This document shows, piece by piece, positions 1-14,558 of a DNA stretch of 24,931 bases. The notes below the pieces were generated by a model. It searched no databases. It saw only the letters and a program-made list of their open reading frames with translations, and was not told where the DNA came from. The position numbers and the translations under genes were made by a program. Positions within the stretch are counted from its first letter, which is position 1. Every line of letters begins with the position of its first letter. The stretch lies in contig CALCME010000033.1 of NCBI GenBank assembly GCA_937965925.1, forward strand, positions 1 through 24,931, written 5' to 3'. Origin of the DNA: Candidatus Absconditabacterales bacterium. Lineage in GTDB: Bacteria; Patescibacteriota; Gracilibacteria; Absconditabacterales; Absconditicoccaceae.

Positions 1-96
1 CGTGTAAACGAGTCCAATAGATTACTTCTACCTAAAAAGACAAATTCTGCAAGAGAAAGTAAGAAGAAGAAAGTGAGAAGAAATTTAAAAATGTAA
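1..96 (+). CDS. 3' end of a CDS entering from the left edge (partial, unidentified)
   Basis: Frame 1 is open from base 1 (RVNESNRLLLPKKTNSARESKKKKVRRNLKM) to TAA at 94-96, convergent with the glmS stop. Too short to identify. Confidence 0.45.
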   Translation, partial: RVNESNRLLLPKKTNSARESKKKKVRRNLKM

Positions 97-97
97 T

Positions 98-1924
<1,827 letters not shown>

Positions 1925-1960
1925 AACAAAAAAATGAAAATAAAACGTTAGACTTACTAC

Positions 1961-2005
1961 AAGATATAAATTAAAAACAACATGTCAATCATAATTCATT
2001 GACAT
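1961..2005. promoter_or_regulatory. Back-to-back TTGACA hexamers forming the palindrome ATGTCAAT-N8-ATTGACAT; candidate sigma70-type promoter for glmS
   Basis: Minus strand: TTGACA (1988-1983), 16-nt spacer, TATCTT (1966-1961), about 37 nt before the glmS ATG. A second TTGACA (1999-2004) points toward the divergent gene at 2160. Confidence 0.4.
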
Positions 2006-2159
2006 AATTAAATAAAAACACTTATGCAAATTATTTTCTCATTAGAAAGAAGAAAAAACACAGAATTAGCTAGTAGATATAGTTCTCTGCCTTGAAATAC
2101 TATCAAACAACCCTATATATTTAACAATTAGAATAGTTTTTGTATACATACAATGAGAC

Positions 2160-2630
2160 ATGAAAAAATTAAAACGATGACTAGCTGCCCTACTTGTATG
2201 AGAACTAGTTACCCTTCGATACAAAGACGAGAAATTCAAAACTAATATCACAAATGCGAACAGTCCTCTAGATAAAATTAAAGTAGCTTTTGATGGACTA
2301 TTTACATTCAATAAAGAAATCATCCAAGAAGCCCAACAAGCAAACTATGAAGAACTGAAGAAAAAAGCATTAGCACGATTTGACAAAGAAAGGATTTTGC
2401 TTGAAGACAAACTAACGAGTCGAGAACAAAACGTAGAAACCCGATCAAAAGAAAAAGCACCAATATATCTAATGGGTCTAGAAGATCAATTTAATAAATA
2501 TGAGTCTAAGGCACTAGCTCGAAAAGATAGATTAGTCCATGAATATGATCTTGAGGATACTGTCAAAAATTTAGAACACCGTATAGATAAAGCTCGCAAG
2601 AATTTGACTGATAAAAAAGATTCAGTATAA
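2160..2630 (+). CDS. Hypothetical protein, short N-terminal hydrophobic segment followed by charged coiled-coil-like region (156 aa)
   Basis: ATG 2160 to TAA 2630 is open with TGA=Gly and contains track ORF 2397..2630. MKKLKWGLAALLVGELVTLW then a K/E-rich helical region. Confidence 0.8.
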
Positions 2631-2645
2631 TCATACTATAACCAT

Positions 2646-2679
2646 GCTTCCTAGTAATCTTCACTAGAGGCTCTTTTAT
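2646..2679 (+). terminator. Possible weak intrinsic terminator
   Basis: GCTTC(C)TAGT-loop-ACTAGAGGC stem with one bulge and one G-U pair, followed by TCTTTT, just after the stop at 2630. Confidence 0.3.
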
Positions 2680-2696
2680 ATTATATTACAACACAT

Positions 2697-3287
2697 ATGT
2701 TATTTGATTTTCAAAAATTCATAGCAGATCTTAGAGAAAACGAAGAGAAAAAAGAAGTAGTTGAAAAATTTGAAAAATATTTTGGACCAATCTGATGAGG
2801 AATCAAAGATCAGAATCGATATAATATTTACGTAAATAAATTCAAACCACTTTCGTATTCAGTTCCTGATGAACTTAAAGATGATTTTGACCGATCGTTG
2901 CTTATGCAACTTGTTGCTGCATCATTTTCAAGTGATGGACTTGTTGATTCAGTGGAGGAAAAAGACGCTCCTGAGTTTGTTATCTCAGTTCAAAGTTGAG
3001 ATCAAGTTGTCGTTAAAAAAGTATCAGAACTTCGATGATTTCAGATATTGAGACTGTACGAAATCTACCTTGAGGAGCAAATGAACCTACAGATACTTAT
3101 AGCGGAAGATGATGAGCAAAAAGAAAAAGAAGAGGAAAAAAATGAAAAGAACGCAATTCTTGCACAAAGGGACAGTAGAGTACATAGACGATCAATAGTG
3201 CTTGATAATCTAGATAAAGACATCAAGACAAAAGAATATGAAGGTGAAAAGGCCTGAAAATTAGATGATCTCATGGGGCAACTGTAA
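2697..3287 (+). CDS. Hypothetical acidic soluble protein (196 aa)
   Basis: ATG 2697 (MLFDFQKFIADLRENEEKK) to TAA 3285-3287 is open with TGA=Gly and absorbs track ORF 3048..3257. Confidence 0.85.
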
Positions 3288-3315
3288 GAAAAATTAATTA
3301 CAGGATATTTTATAT

Positions 3316-3365
3316 AATTACTGAGATAGACTACGTAGTAAATCTAGTCTACATTATATAATAAT
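3316..3365 (+). repeat. Copy A of a 50-bp dispersed element (core GATAGACTACGTAGTAAAT, 3325-3343)
   Basis: 19-bp core identical to the reverse complement of 21983-22001; flanks also similar. Contains the palindrome ACTACGTAGT and the dyad TAGAC-N15-GTCTA. Confidence 0.85.
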
Positions 3366-3425
3366 TTGTATAATAATTAACTAGAACAGAAATTGCACCT
3401 TTATCATGAAGTTCTCATTAACTCT

Positions 3426-3821
3426 ATGTTTACAAAAATTTTTTGATCACTTTCAGTTCATCATATTATTAAAACACTTACGACGCTTACCGCACTCGTT
3501 TCCCTTTGAGTGATAATCCATACTGCTATCATGAGTTCCTTGATTACAGATGAGGAATACCTCTCAGGAAGTCGAGACACGTATCAGATGAGTGAGTGTG
3601 AATATCGCTGGGACAATACATGAGCTGAAAGTCTCTGAGCAAATCTGACCCCAAAACAAATTGAAAAGAAAATCAGTGAATGTGAAAGAAATGCACGTCA
3701 AGATATCCTTTCAAGGAGAGCTTATCAAAGCAAAACAATGCTCATTTCATCTTCCATTCGATTTATTTTTGCACTCATTATTTATGTTGTAAATAATGGA
3801 TATATGAGAAGTGAACCATAG
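3426..3821 (+). CDS. Hypothetical membrane protein, two hydrophobic segments flanking a loop with two Cys (131 aa)
   Basis: ATG 3426 to TAG 3819-3821 is open; hydrophobic stretches TLTTLTALVSLGVIIHTAIM and MLISSSIWFIFALIIYVV. Confidence 0.8.
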
Positions 3822-3840
3822 AAGGAGAAAGATCAGATAT

Positions 3841-6156
<2,316 letters not shown>

Positions 6157-6244
6157 AGAGATACAAGTGTGTACTAAAGAGTACATATACAATACATATC
6201 TTTTTGATCAAACAAAACAAAAAGCTAGTTAATAATAATAAAAG

Positions 6245-6271
6245 AAAACCATGTCTTGTAGACATGGTTTT
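6245..6271 (-). terminator. Intrinsic terminator-like hairpin after the TM_helix gene
   Basis: Perfect 12-bp stem AAAACCATGTCT / AGACATGGTTTT with a 3-nt loop, followed by a T-rich tract on the minus strand, 47 nt after the stop at 6318. Confidence 0.7.
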
Positions 6272-6317
6272 AGATAAGCAGTAATTAAAATCAATCTATT
6301 AAATAGGATATTTCATA

Positions 6318-7004
6318 TTACATCCACTTGTCTAATGTATCTTTAGCTTTATCTTTTCAACCAAGACCAAATGCTAGTCAAAGAGCAAGCATAATTCACA
6401 TAACTATAGTGTTAACATTATCTGTCAAGAAACTGATATCAACTTGTGCTTGCTTAAGTGCAGTAATAACTACAAAAAACATAACAGCGATATATCCAGC
6501 TTTTCCTGCCCAGTTAATAGGAGAATTTGATGCAGCTACTGCTCCATTAATTATATCTCTAATGAATTTTGCAATAAACGTTCAGATAAGAATAATTACT
6601 ATTGCAACGAATAAATTAGGAATATAAGCAATGAGATCTGATATAAGTTGTGAAACAACATCAAGTCAGAGCGTATCTAATGAAATATTTATACCAATTA
6701 AATAGATTACCCAATATACTATTTTTCAAAACAGTCCACTCAGTCAAGATTTTATATTTGCTTGTTGAAGAAACGTATTCATATTAACCTTATCTGCTAA
6801 TTTCTCAACTCACAAAGTATGAGCCAATCTTGTTACAATTCCTTTTACAGCTTTTGCTAAGAACCAAAAGACAATCCAGATTAAAATTGCTAATCATAAC
6901 TTTGGAAGAAACTCAGCAGCCATTCACAACAGATCTGCGGTAAATCATTCCTTAAATCAAGAATTCAACGTATTGACAGCTCAATCTACAATAGTATTAG
7001 CCAT
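6318..7004 (-). CDS. Conserved TM_helix repeat membrane protein (CmpX-like / MscS-associated TM helix family), 228 aa
   Basis: EFLPKLGLAILIWIVFWFLAK and AYIPNLFVAIVIILIGTFIAKFIRD repeats, C-terminal GLAFGLGGKDKAKDTL; no MscS beta/C-terminal channel domain. Confidence 0.8.
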
Positions 7005-7087
7005 GTATAAAATAAGTATATAAAGAGTAAAAGATGCTCCTGTATTATTAATGAATATTAATAATCTTAATGAATGTAGATAATTGA

Positions 7088-7675
7088 TTAAAGTATAACA
7101 GCATCAGCTTCATTCAGTCTTAGTATATCTCAAAGCCTTTTACTCAGTTTATTTGGGTCTGTAATGTAGTTTAAGGTAATATCACCATTTTTATCATCTC
7201 ATTCAGAGAAAAAAACAATAGATCAATAATTAAACATACTATGCAAAATTCATTTCTTCATCACACGAATTGATTTTATTTTCGAGATATCAAGTGCCCT
7301 TTCTGATCTCGTAAAAATTCATGTCTGATCATATGCAGTAATACGCTTAGGAGTGATTATGGTAAAATCCATGTAATAGTCAATAAACTTACCTGTCATC
7401 ACCCAAGCAAGAACAAGTCAAGAAAATCAAATACATATCCAGATGAAAATTTCAAAACTAGATCAAAGAAGTTCTCAAAATTCAGTTCAATACACAAAAG
7501 CTAACAACAACATTGCAGTAATAATCCAAAGAAAGATTGGAATGAGAATCTTGAAAACGATATATATCTTATCTCTACGAACAAAACAAACATGTTCATC
7601 TCAAAATTCTTTCTTTGCTTTAAGCAAAGCTACATCATCAAAAGTAGAATCAAAATTCGAGAAAATTTTTACCAT
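7088..7675 (-). CDS. Membrane protein with bacterial PH (bPH_2-like) domain, 195 aa
   Basis: Two TM segments then DYYMDFTIITPKRITAYDQTGIFTRSERALDISKIKSIRVMKKGILHSMFNYGSIVF, the typical bPH_2 pattern. Confidence 0.8.
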
Positions 7676-7703
7676 AAGGTTCTAGTAGATAATGTACTTA
7701 AAA

Positions 7704-8054
7704 TTATTGGAGAACTGCATCATCACCTATTATAGAAGGAACAGACTCATTCTGAACAGGTAAATCACTTGTTGGCAGATTTGGATCAATATCAAATAAA
7801 GGAAAAACCTTTTCTAGAAATCCAAAATCAGATAGACGGGAAAATTCAGCTGGAAATGTTTCATTTCAAATTTCTCGAAGTTCTTGAGGAGGAAGATCTC
7901 ACTTGACATAATAATAGAGTACTCAAGCTATGAGTACTCAAAAAAATAAAAAAGTTATGAATCGTCAAATTCAAGTAATGAGTATTCTCAAAAATGTAAG
8001 TACTCACAGTACAACGGTGTCGACAAGATCAACTAGAGATCGAAAGATATTCAT
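7704..8054 (-). CDS. Hypothetical membrane protein (116 aa)
   Basis: ATG 8054 to TAA 7704-7706 is open; hydrophobic N-terminal half (VVLGVLTFLRILITGIGWFITFLFFGVLIAGVLYYYV), acidic Pro-rich tail. Confidence 0.7.
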
Positions 8055-8127
8055 ACAGAAGAATGAAAAAAAGTGAGTTCCTTTACACCTTTTGTAAACA
8101 AATTAGTAAAATCTTCAAGACAGGGAA

Positions 8128-8967
8128 CTAATTTTTAGATGACATCACTGAATAAATCAATGCACCTCAGCTAGCTATCAACACAATACTCATCCACTGA
8201 CTGATACTCAATATTGAATACATTTCTGTTACAGGTAGATCTTTTACGTATTCAGCAATAAATCTAACCGTTCAGTACCCCATCAGATAGACTCACGACA
8301 GTAATCAGACACGAGTATATCACTCTTTATATTTCAGTAAAAAAATAGTCCGTACGATACATAAGAGCAAAAATCATTCCAGAAAAGATTGAATGAGGTT
8401 TACGTTAACTCTCTGTAACATATCTCGCTGATCATAAATATAAACAACTCATCGTCTAGAAAATGTATCTGATCGTCAAACAGAAAATGAGTCTAACGTT
8501 CTTCATATGAGTTCCTGATTGAGAAAATTTCATATTCTTCATAAGAGGCTTCATAAAGGAACAATACATAAAACAACATCTCAGAGTAATCTAAACTCTT
8601 TCCGCGAAAGAAGGTGCTTTTTTGTGATATATATAAGTCATATCACTACTCATAGTATTCCTCATACAAAACTCATTCATCATTTATTGAACTGTAGAAT
8701 CTCAACAAGGTGATCCTGGTAGTAGTATCGTTCATAAAAGAACACATGTCAAAGTCTTCATCCTAAAATCACTCACAACATACACACAAGAAACAAATCA
8801 TCTACAGAATTCTGTAAGAGAGAATAAAGTCTTTTGTAGTTTTTACCTCAGGCAAAAATGGAATGATTTGGTAATCGAGTTAGAAAAACATATCCAACAA
8901 GAAACGTAATACAGTAAAAAATACCATACCAGTATATTGGCCATCAAAAAATTTCGAATGCTACCAT
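8128..8967 (-). CDS. lgt: Prolipoprotein diacylglyceryl transferase (279 aa)
   Basis: IYWYGIFY, GVILGGRLGHVFFY, GGMSFVGG, GRIGNFLNQEL, FLEG, YGTVRFIAEY motifs; open to TAG 8128-8130. Confidence 0.95.
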
Positions 8968-9093
8968 AGTTCATATTAAGAAATAAGAAGTATGTGAAAG
9001 GAGAAAACCTTAACTCACTTGAAAACTATACGAAAATTCATATCTATGTTAATAGATAAACCACAGAGATAATTTTACATTTTACATTATATC

Positions 9094-9600
9094 ATGGATA
9101 CAAAAGATACAGCACAGAAAATATCAGACACTGCCAAACAAGCTGAAGGTGCTATAGATGATGTCGTGTGAAAAGCAACTGCAAAAGTCGGTGAAGCACT
9201 TCCTGATAATGCAAAAAAGACAGCTCAAGACGTTGTTAATAAAGCTCACGAATTTGCTGGTAAAGTAGATAATCTGACATGAAAGGTTGATGAGTTTGCA
9301 GATAGCATTCTCCCAGCACAGTCATGAACAGATGTTGAATTTCAACCTCAGTGGAATGATTCTATTTCTCGTGTCTTCATTATAAGGCTCCTTTGGATTA
9401 TCATTCAGTATCCAATCATTGCTGTTCGATGATTCATAACATTCTTTGCAACGATTATCAATCGAGTATATATGCTTGTTACATGATCGAGAAATCGTTT
9501 CCTACGAAATGGAATCGTAAGATACTACCGTCATTTCACAAAACGATCACTGTTCATTGCATGAATCATAGACAAGAGACCAGAGATTATTGAGAAGTAG
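9094..9600 (+). CDS. DUF4389-like membrane protein with an Ala/Lys/Asp-rich N-terminal extension (168 aa)
   Basis: C-terminal SRVFIIRLLWIIIQYPIIAVWG...INWVYMLVTGSRNRFLW...IDKRP matches the DUF4389 pattern when CGA=Trp; N-terminal about 70 aa is helical and LEA/CsbD-like in composition. Confidence 0.7.
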
Positions 9601-9754
9601 ATTTTTCAGACTTCTCTAACATCCCCTTACACAGATCATAACATTCCTTAGCCTCCTCTTGGAGGGTAAGGATTTTTTCTATATCAATAAGTTCATCAGA
9701 CTGTAAGAGACGATGTATTTCTTCAAGACGTATATACGCTTTTTCAAAAGTCAT
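9587..9754 (-). CDS. xseB: Exodeoxyribonuclease VII small subunit (55 aa)
   Basis: MTFEKAYIRLEEIHRLLQSDELIDIEKILTLQEEAKECYDLCKGMLEKSE fits the XseB FE-A--RLEEI...L pattern; xseA is present in the window. Overlaps the convergent DUF4389 gene by 14 nt. Confidence 0.85.
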   Translation of the reverse strand: MTFEKAYIRLEEIHRLLQSDELIDIEKILTLQEEAKECYDLCKGMLEKSEKSTSQ

Positions 9755-9781
9755 AAGTGGTATTCAAAAATTTAAATGATC

Positions 9782-10456
9782 CTAATCTAACGTATCTTTA
9801 ATCAGTCAAATGAATGATCTAATTTCATGTTCATATTTCTCCACATAATATTTCAAATCATAGGTAAACATAGCAGGATATAGCTTCATTTCCTCTAAAA
9901 GATCATCAAATGTATAATATAATAATCACATCGCTTCCTTATCAATATTTTTAAGTCTTCATCAGTAAACACCCATATAAAGGTATTTCTTATTCGCTAT
10001 CGTAATAGTTCATTCTTTCATTTGTTTATCCATCATTATAATATCTGTATCTACATGGCTAATAATTGCTAATGTTTTTACATAGTCTTTTAATAAACGT
10101 AATCTTTGCTCAAAATCCTCTTCTTCCTTTACGACTAGACTAGGACACTGAAGCTCTTCTACCGTCTCAACCATTACGGTATAGTCAATTGGATCTCAAT
10201 ATTGTACATGTCATCCTACAGCTTTATCAAGAAGTCAAGGATTATGATTCTTGTGTTTTGAACGCTTCTGGATAATTAAATCTCATGATTCATTAAACAA
10301 AAAAACATCAATTACACTTACAGCCATACTTGGTTTTCAGGTTTCAAGAAATTGCTTAGTTTGCTCAGAGTAGAACTTACTTCTATCATATGTAATTGCT
10401 CATTTATGCTTATTTCATAGAATCCAACAAATAACTTGTTCTGTTTTTGACGACAT
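9782..10456 (-). CDS. Nudix hydrolase (IDI/YfcD-like), paralog B, 224 aa
   Basis: VFLFNESGDLIIQKRSKHKNHNPGLLDKAVGGHVQYGD...VETVEELQ; open to TAG 9782-9784. Confidence 0.85.
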
Positions 10457-10492
10457 GTATATTTCAACAATAAAAATAATGGAGGTTAAGTT

Positions 10493-11164
10493 TTAGACAA
10501 CAATTTTCTTTATCAAAGAGATAAATGATCTAATATCCTTTTCGTAAGTTTTTAACATATACTTTAGATCATACGTAAATAACGCAGAATGATCTTGTAT
10601 TTCACGTAAAAGATCATTGAAATCATAATACAAGATTCACATTGCTTCTTTATCTACATTTTTAACTCTTCATCAATACACACCAAAATATACATAGATT
10701 TTATTTGCAATTACAATTGTTCATTCTTTCATTTCTTTTTCCATGAGAACCGTATCTGTATCAATATGACTAAGTACAGCAATAGTCTTTACATAATTTT
10801 TCAATAATCAGAGTCTTTGTTCGAAATTTTCTTCATCTTTAACGACAAGACTTGGTGCTTGAAGTTCTTCTACTGTTTCAACCATAACTGTGTAATCAAT
10901 GGGATCTCAATATTTTATATGACCTCAAACAGTTTTATCTAACAGTCATGGATTATGATTCTTATGCATTGCACGTTTTTGAATCAAGAGTTCTCAAGAC
11001 TCATTAAACAAAATCACATCGACTATACTCACGACCTTAGTTGGAGTTGCGTTATCAAGAAAAGCTCTTGTTTGTTCCTCATAAAAGTCGCTTCTATCAT
11101 AAGAAAACGATCATTTGTGTTTATTCTCTAAATCCCATACGATTACTTGTTCTTCAGTTGACAT
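10493..11164 (-). CDS. Nudix hydrolase (IDI/YfcD-like), paralog A, 223 aa
   Basis: VILFNESGELLIQKRAMHKNHNPGLLDKTVGGHIKYGD...VETVEELQ; open to TAA 10493-10495. Confidence 0.85.
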
Positions 11165-11165
11165 T

Positions 11166-11199
11166 TAGTATAAAAAGTATGAATAGTATAAAAAAGTAT
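11166..11199. repeat. Tandem imperfect direct repeat TAGTATAAAAAGTAT / TAGTATAAAAAAGTAT directly upstream of Nudix paralog A
   Basis: Copies at 11166-11180 and 11184-11199 differ by one A; each gives TATACT on the minus strand. Confidence 0.55.
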
Positions 11200-11225
11200 T
11201 CCTAAAACAATTGAATCATTTATTC

Positions 11226-11636
11226 TTATTTACCACCAATAGAAAATGGATTCACTTTTTTTCATGTTACCGTTTGATGCTGTCATTCAAAAGAAGATGA
11301 ACTTTCACCGTTCATTGATGATGAAGAATTGTGTGTTAAGGCAGCTATGGAATCAGGTAAGGATTGTCTTTGCGTATTTTCTCTTAAGGGCTTCGTTGGA
11401 GTTCAAGATGGAATCACTTGTTTATAAAGTCACGAGGCTACTTTTTCACTGAGAGAAGTTCATCACATCACCTTAAATACAGATCAAATCAAAAGAAGAC
11501 TTGCTGGAAAAATACCAATATAAATTGCTTCAGGTGGAACTCCTAAACTGAGAAAAAACTGCTCTGCATCTTTCCAAAAGAACAAGCAAATAAAGAACAA
11601 TCGTACTCGTTTATCTTTTTTGAGTTTATCTAGCAT
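11226..11636 (-). CDS. Hypothetical membrane protein with Ser/Pro/Gln-rich tail (136 aa)
   Basis: ATG 11636 to TAA 11226-11228 is open; MLDKLKKDKWVWLFFICLFFW and IYIGIFPASLLLIGSVF hydrophobic segments. Confidence 0.7.
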
Positions 11637-11728
11637 TATCTAGCTATTGATCTATAAAAGACTATCTTGTCAGTATATATCTACAAAAAGTATACGATTT
11701 CTTTTTAGATTATCAAACGTTGTTGTAC

Positions 11729-12130
11729 ATGGCTACATCTGAAGTACTCTTTATTTGAATCCTGTGAGCTGGGATTTGACTCTTTATATGATTTCTGCTC
11801 TCCAAAGTGTATTTTCAGCAACAGATCAAAACTCATCGTAAATCGGCTGTTAAAAAATCCAAAGAAGTAACGTTATGATATGTCAGTGAGAAACTTGCTC
11901 CTATTATGCCAAATTTCCCATATAATTACAAAGATTTGACCTTTTTATGAAAATGAGTAGATTATGTCGTATTTGATTGACTATCTACCTGAAACCTTAA
12001 ACAGATAATCTTCCTTGAAGTAAAAACTTGATGATCGAGAATGAATGCAAACGAAAAAATGATTCAAAAGATAATAGAAACAAAACGTGTGAGACATGAA
12101 GTTCTTAGAATAAAAGATATGACACTGTAA
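11729..12130 (+). CDS. Holliday junction resolvase-like PD-(D/E)XK nuclease (Endonuc_Holl family) with N-terminal TM helix, 133 aa
   Basis: SKEVTLGYVSEKLAPIMPNFPYNYKDLTFLGKGVDYVVFDGL...IIFLEVKTG matches the family pattern (SR-V--GQV-E-LAP-LP-FPY...D-RFLG--VDYVVF-GL...EVKTG). Confidence 0.85.
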
Positions 12131-12206
12131 GTAGTATACTACACTACTCTTCCTGTATTACTCTCCTATATTTCTCTATTTAGATCTAGAATAAAACTTT
12201 GTACAT

Positions 12207-14465
12207 ATGAGTCTTAAAAGAATTTTCTGGCTACTTTTTTTTGCTATCATTGTGTCATTACTGGTATGAGGGTGAGTTTTTGTTTATAAGTACATATTTG
12301 ATGATCTTCCAGAAATTAGTATGGAGACACTTGTCGATATTCCAGAAAAAACTGCGATCACAGATAGAGATTGAAATGTCTTGTATAACTTCTTTGAAGA
12401 AGATAGAACGTATGTTGAGTATGAAGATATACCTAGGCAGGTAATTCATGCATTTTTGAGTAGTGAAGATCGTAATTATCGAGATCACGAATGAATAGAC
12501 TGATGGGGAGTAATTAGAGCTGTGATCAATAACCTAGAACGTGAATTTCTCAATAAAGACCTAAGACTACAATGAGCATCAACGATAACTCAACAACTCA
12601 TAAAAAACATATACCTAACAAATGAAAGAACACTAAAGAGAAAAATACAAGAACTGATTACTACACGTAAAGTATACAAACTTTTATGAAAAAATTATAC
12701 TGATGAGTTCTCAGATGCTACTGATGAGGAAATAGACATTATGGTGAAAAAGAAAATCCTTGAAATTTATCTTAATCTTATCTTCTTGTGAAACAACTCG
12801 TACGGAATTGAAACTGCTTCCAGACGCTACTTCAATAAATCATTACAAGACATATCACTTTTTGAAGCTGCACTATTATGATGACTTCCTCAAGCTCCAT
12901 CAAGTTACAATCCTTTGACTAAAAGAAAAAAAGCGATGGGAAGCTGGAAGGTTGAAGATGGTGAAGAAACATACTTACTAGAAAATACATGAGAACTTAC
13001 TGAAACATTTGAGAAACTTATCAAAGATCGTATTATTAAGAAGATCGAAACAACAAAAATAGATTTAGCAAAGCCAAATCGAATCACTGAATTTTGGCAA
13101 GATGATTTTGAAAACAATAATACAACCTACACATATACGTATACTCCAGGAAGAAAAGATTACGTTCTTCGAGCTATGTATCAAGAAGGACATATTTCAG
13201 CTAATCAACTTCTGGATGCTTTTGTAGAAGGAGTAGATTATACGTTCTCTAGATATAGTTACAACATTTCAGCTCCACATTTTGTTTTCTATGTCAAAGA
13301 ACTTCTTATCAATAGTGATATGTTTGATGAAATTGATCTCACTGAAGATAAACTTTTAAAATGATGATATACAATCCAAACATCTCTAGATGCCGATATT
13401 CAATCATCTTTAGAGAAAACTTGAGAGTGAAATATTTGAACATTGAATAGGTACTGATGATCAAGTAGATCAGCACTTCACCTAAATAGTACAAATTGAG
13501 ATATCTTAGGATATTTATGATCACTCAATTATTTCGATGCAGAAACAGATGGACAATACGACCTAATTCATGCTAGAAGACAACAATGATCATCATTAAA
13601 ACCATTCATCTTTGCGAAACTTTTTGAAACGTTTCCTCTCAAACCTTCGTCTAGTATCATAGACGAAGAACTTGATGTGTGAAATTCATATACTCCAGGA
13701 AATTCAGATGGAACATTTCGAGGTATGATGACAATGTCAAAAGCACTAAACAATTCAAGAAACCTACCTGCAATTAGAGCTCTGTATGCAATAGGATGAG
13801 AAAGCGTTGTAAAACCGTTTCTACAATCCTTATGACTATCAAATATCAAAACTGATCATCCATACTGATACACCCTTACCCTATGATCTGCAGAAGAGTC
13901 TTTGTATAACTTATGACAAGCATATCTACAACTTAGTTCTCCTCACTCAACAGTACCCAGAATTAATCCAATTCTCTCTATAAAAGATAGACATGGGAAA
14001 ACTATCTATTCTAAAGATTGAGAGAATGTAAACAGAATCATACCAAGAGCAATTTCTAAACAACTTCGGAATATGCTCACTAAACGTGAAGAAGTAAACA
14101 ACTCACGAAGACACTATACCCAGTTCGAGTGAATTCCTAAATATGCATATAAAAGTGGAACTTCTGACACAAAAAGATGAGGAGTTACCTATCCAAAAGA
14201 TTGATATATAACAGTCTACACTCCTAAAGATACGATCATTACGTGGGCATGAAATATTGACAGTAAACCTCTTTGACCAAAAGGATTGTGAAGTGTTATC
14301 AATAAAGATTTTATGCAATCATATATAGATGAGCTTTGAGTCGATTTTCGAGGATATGATGAATGATATTTCTGAAATTACCATGAATGAGATGAAGACA
14401 CCTATGCTTTTACAACGTATTCAGATGTATCCGACTGAGCTGCGAATGTCTTATGGTATAAGTAA
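12207..14465 (+). CDS. Class A penicillin-binding protein (transglycosylase + transpeptidase), 752 aa
   Basis: N-terminal TM; TG motifs EDRNYWDHEGID, QGASTITQQLIKN, RKIQE, KILEIYLN, LGGLPQAPS; TP motifs SSLK (SxxK), SRN (SxN), KSGT. Confidence 0.95.
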
Positions 14466-14558
14466 AAACTGCACAAACTAAGTACAAACAGTATTCATGT
14501 ATGGTTATGTTACGATAATAATAGACAATCGAATTTACTTACCATCATCTACTTATTC

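Noticed and set aside
1925-2159. glmS ribozyme upstream of glmS
   Set aside because: Region is very AT-rich with no recognisable paired structure or conserved core; an Rfam search would be needed to exclude it fully.
9646-9677. GC-rich hairpin CCTTAGCCTCC-TCTT-GGAGGGTAAGG followed by T run, as a terminator for the DUF4389 gene
   Set aside because: It lies wholly inside the xseB coding sequence on the other strand and has a G-G mismatch; could still function but cannot be separated from coding constraint.
12131-12142. GTAGTATACTAC palindrome after the nuclease gene
   Set aside because: No loop or T-tract for a terminator and no second copy found.
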